DNA from: Phyllobates terribilis | Lineage: Eukaryota | Direction of reading: 5' to 3' | DNA length: 64,000 nt | NCBI RefSeq assembly: GCF_046119375.1 | Contig: NW_027362764.1 | Span: forward strand, 457,002,001 to 457,066,000 | Part shown: piece by piece, positions 61,395-64,000 of the stretch | Layout of the letters: each line of letters starts with the position of its first letter | Position numbering within the stretch: position 1 is the first letter of the stretch | The notes under the pieces: generated by a model | The model's input: the letters and a program-made list of their open reading frames with translations, nothing else | What the model was told of the DNA's origin: nothing | Databases searched by the model: none | Made by a program: the position numbers and the translations under genes

Positions 61395-62070
61395 TGTAAG
61401 GCAGCGCTACTCATCACGCTGGGGGCACTCGCTTCACCGGGTCAATCAAAGCACACATGCAACGTTTTTCCGGTAATTCACAGTACAGCAGTTTATTACA
61501 TCTCATAAACCACTCATAACATAGTTCATCTCAGTGGCTCGCCAACATGTTACACATAATATCCCAGAGCCTTTCTAGTGACAGATATGCCCACATGGCT
61601 CCAGATACAGCCTTCAGCAAGGTAACAATACCAATGTCCACATCAAGCAGCGTTTTTACCTTTGCTGGGTCGTAGCTGCTTCAGTCAGCTCGATTCTGCC
61701 GCAGCTGTGGCTTTAAGGCTTCCCAGATGGTGCCTCCGGGCCACGTACCTTCAAAGGCTACTGGTATCTCAAACACAGGGGAGATCCAGCCTCCGCATTC
61801 CAGGCTAGTGGAGTCCCACACAGGGACCAGGCCTCTCACCCTCCAAGGCTACCGGCATCCTAAACACAGGGGGATCCAGCCTCTGCCTTCCAGGCTACAC
61901 CAGGCCACTCTTTCTCTAGGCCTCACCAGGCCTCTCTTTCTAGGCCTCACCAGGCCACTCTTGCCTCTTCCAGCCTCTCCAGGCTAACGGTGTCCCACAC
62001 ACAGGGACCAGGCCTCACGCCTCTCTCACACCCTGTTTCAAAACCACCAGGATTTATATATCCTTCAGTG
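61395..62070 (-). mobile_element. Partial LTR-like insertion inside the Gypsy gag zinc knuckle
   Basis: Starts tgtaaggc immediately after CWKCH; gtttatt (reverse poly-A signal); internal short direct repeats. Confidence 0.4.
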
Positions 62071-62954
62071 CACACAGGACCTGTGATGATGTCATGTGAT
62101 CAGTCCTTCTGTGCGCACAGGACCTGTGATGATGTCACAGTCATGTGATCAGTCACCTGAGGGAGAGGTACATGGTCAGCCAGAACACACCCCCTCGACC
62201 ATTACAGTAATGCCGCAAGCCGCTGCATTACAGGTCATATAGCTGCCCATTGTCCCTTGGCCACCGAGAAAATGGACTGAAGCATGGGACACCGATGTTC
62301 ATACTATGCATAACCGGCCTGCAGTGTGGACTGTCGTCCTAGCGCGGAGCCATAAGTTTGTCTCATAAAAGTTAATTGTCCACAAGTGACTGAACTACTG
62401 GACTCAGGAAGTTTGGCGAGCTTCGTGAGTCCAAACTTCTCTCCAACTGATGCCTGGGAAGAAGATGGGTGTCTGCTGCATTTATGGGGATACTAAAGAC
62501 TATCCAATGGCCAGAGTGGTTATTGAGATGGCCCAAGGTACTGAGTCCCATGAGGTCGGAGTGGTCTAGGATTTATTTCACTCAGTTATCATAGGACAGG
62601 ATTTTGTGTTGTTTTGAGAATTGTGGGGGAGGGGCAGAGACCTCCATTGCTCGGGTAAGAGACAGGTTGTACCTAAAGATGTCCCACCAACTCCAGAGCT
62701 TGATGGGTTTCTCTTCTGTGTGATCGTTGGGGATGAGGAGGTAGTATCCCCTTATCCAACATTCCTGAGATAGGGGTGACCAGAGAATATTTTGGTCCCC
62801 TCAACATAGGGACCGAAGTCTAAAAAAAGTGTTCAATAATGTAACCGTTATAAACTGCATAACACTGGAGCTGGGGCTGACACCAGATTCCCTAATTTTA
62901 TGAGTGAGGACTTATTGGGTTGCTAAGGTTAGAGAGGAAAGAGTGGAGCAATTG

Positions 62955-63905
62955 TTGGGGGCTGATGCTGGTCAACACTGAGTTTCAGCTCCCTCCAAAG
63001 ATTTTCTATTGGGTTCAGGTCTTGAGACTGGCTAGGCCACTTCAGAACCTTGAAATGCTTCTTATGGAGTCCCTCCTTAGTTGCCCAAGTTGTGTGTTTC
63101 GGGTCATTGTCATGCTGGAAGACCCAGCCACGATCCATCTTTAATACTTTTACTGAGGGAAGGAGGTGGTTGGCCAAAATCTCACTAAACATGACCCCAT
63201 CCATCCTTCCTTCAATATGGTGCAGTCGTCCTGTCCGCTTTGAAAAAAAGCACCCCACAAAGTATGATGTTTCCCCCACCATGCTTCACGGTTCGGATGG
63301 TGTTCTCGGGGTTGTACTGATCCTTCTTCTTCCTCCAAACATGGTGAGTGGAGTTGAGACCAAAAAGTTCTATTTTGGTCTCATCTGACTACATGGCCTT
63401 CTCCCATGCCTTCCCTGGATCATCCAGATGGACATTGGCAAACTTCAAATGTGCCTGGAGATGTGCTGGCGTGAGCAGATGGAACTTGCATGTCCTGCAG
63501 GATTTTAATCCATGATAGCGAAGTGTGTTACTAAAGGTAATGTTTGAGATTGTAGTCCCAGCTCTCTTCAGGTCATTGACCAGGTCCTCCCGTGTATTTT
63601 TGGGCTGATTCCTGACCTTTCTCAGAATCACCCTTACCCCAAGAGGCGAGATCTTGCATGGAGCCCCAGACTGAAGAAGATGACCAAAATCATTTTGTGC
63701 TTCTTCCATTTTCTAAAAATTGTGCCAACAGTTGTTGCCTTCTCACTAAGCTGCATGCCTATTGTCCTTTAGCCCATTCCAGCCTTGTGCAGGTCTACAA
63801 TTTTGTCACAGGTGTCCTTAGACAGCTCTTTGGTCTTGATCATGGTCATGGTGGAGAGGTTGGAGTGTGATTGATTGAGTGTGTGGGCAGGTGTCTTTTA
63901 TACAT
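62955..63905 (-). mobile_element. Tc1 element E, degraded transposase
   Basis: SDETKIELF-type region, [28 protein letters not shown]. Confidence 0.85.
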
Positions 63906-63913
63906 GTAACTAG

Positions 63914-64000
63914 TAGAGATGAGCAAATGTTTCAATATTCTATTTGGATTACGATCATCGAATTTACAATATTTGACGATTTATTCGTCGAATATTACTG
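63914..64000 (+). mobile_element. Terminus of another hAT element
   Basis: tagagatgagc TIR followed by ttcg/cgaa subterminal motifs. Confidence 0.6.

Larger units (their letters stand above)
58225..62950 (+). mobile_element. Degraded Gmr1-like (SCAN-domain) Gypsy element: interrupted 5' LTR (about 58225-60414), PBS-like TGG, gag from 60520, protease near 62400
   Basis: tgtaag start and ttaca|tttgg end; SCAN-like KWLQ.E..ERVV.D.F..LP..Q.WV..P; CWKC and GHIAAHCP knuckle pieces; LLDSGS protease motif. LTR limits are tentative. Confidence 0.65.

Noticed and set aside
47103-63905. Tc1 end at 47103-47153 and Tc1 body at 62955-63905 as one element split by 16 kb of nested insertions
   Set aside because: Orientation is compatible, but the link rests only on recalled family sequence; no junction evidence in the window.

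Overview
Vertebrate genomic DNA, most consistent with a large-genome anuran (frog). This is inferred from the T2/Kolobok-type MITEs, piggyBac-type non-autonomous elements, hAT, Tc1, DIRS1, L2 and V-SINE content. The window is almost entirely nested transposon debris and tandem repeats. The only host coding sequence I can recognise is one intact 72-bp LRR exon of LGI2 (17606-17677, +). It sits inside a 3,967-bp hAT-type unit with TIRs and a perfect 8-bp target-site duplication (15280-19246), which is itself inserted in another hAT element; this suggests transposon-mediated exon capture or relocation. Other highlights: (1) a type I, Penelope-type hammerhead ribozyme present twice on the minus strand (3129-3187, 6009-6067) because of a 2.9-kb tandem duplication, next to a 421-bp tandem array and a fold-back palindrome; (2) a full-length but mutated DIRS1 tyrosine-recombinase retrotransposon (40184-46798, -) with ITRs, ICR and an apparent 89-nt spliceosomal intron in gag; (3) two degraded large hAT transposases; (4) several Tc1 elements, a TSD-flanked internally deleted Gypsy element, solo LTRs and a SCAN-domain Gypsy gag. 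Most ORF-track entries are spurious repeat translations. Repeat-family names and protein matches come from recalled motifs, not database searches.
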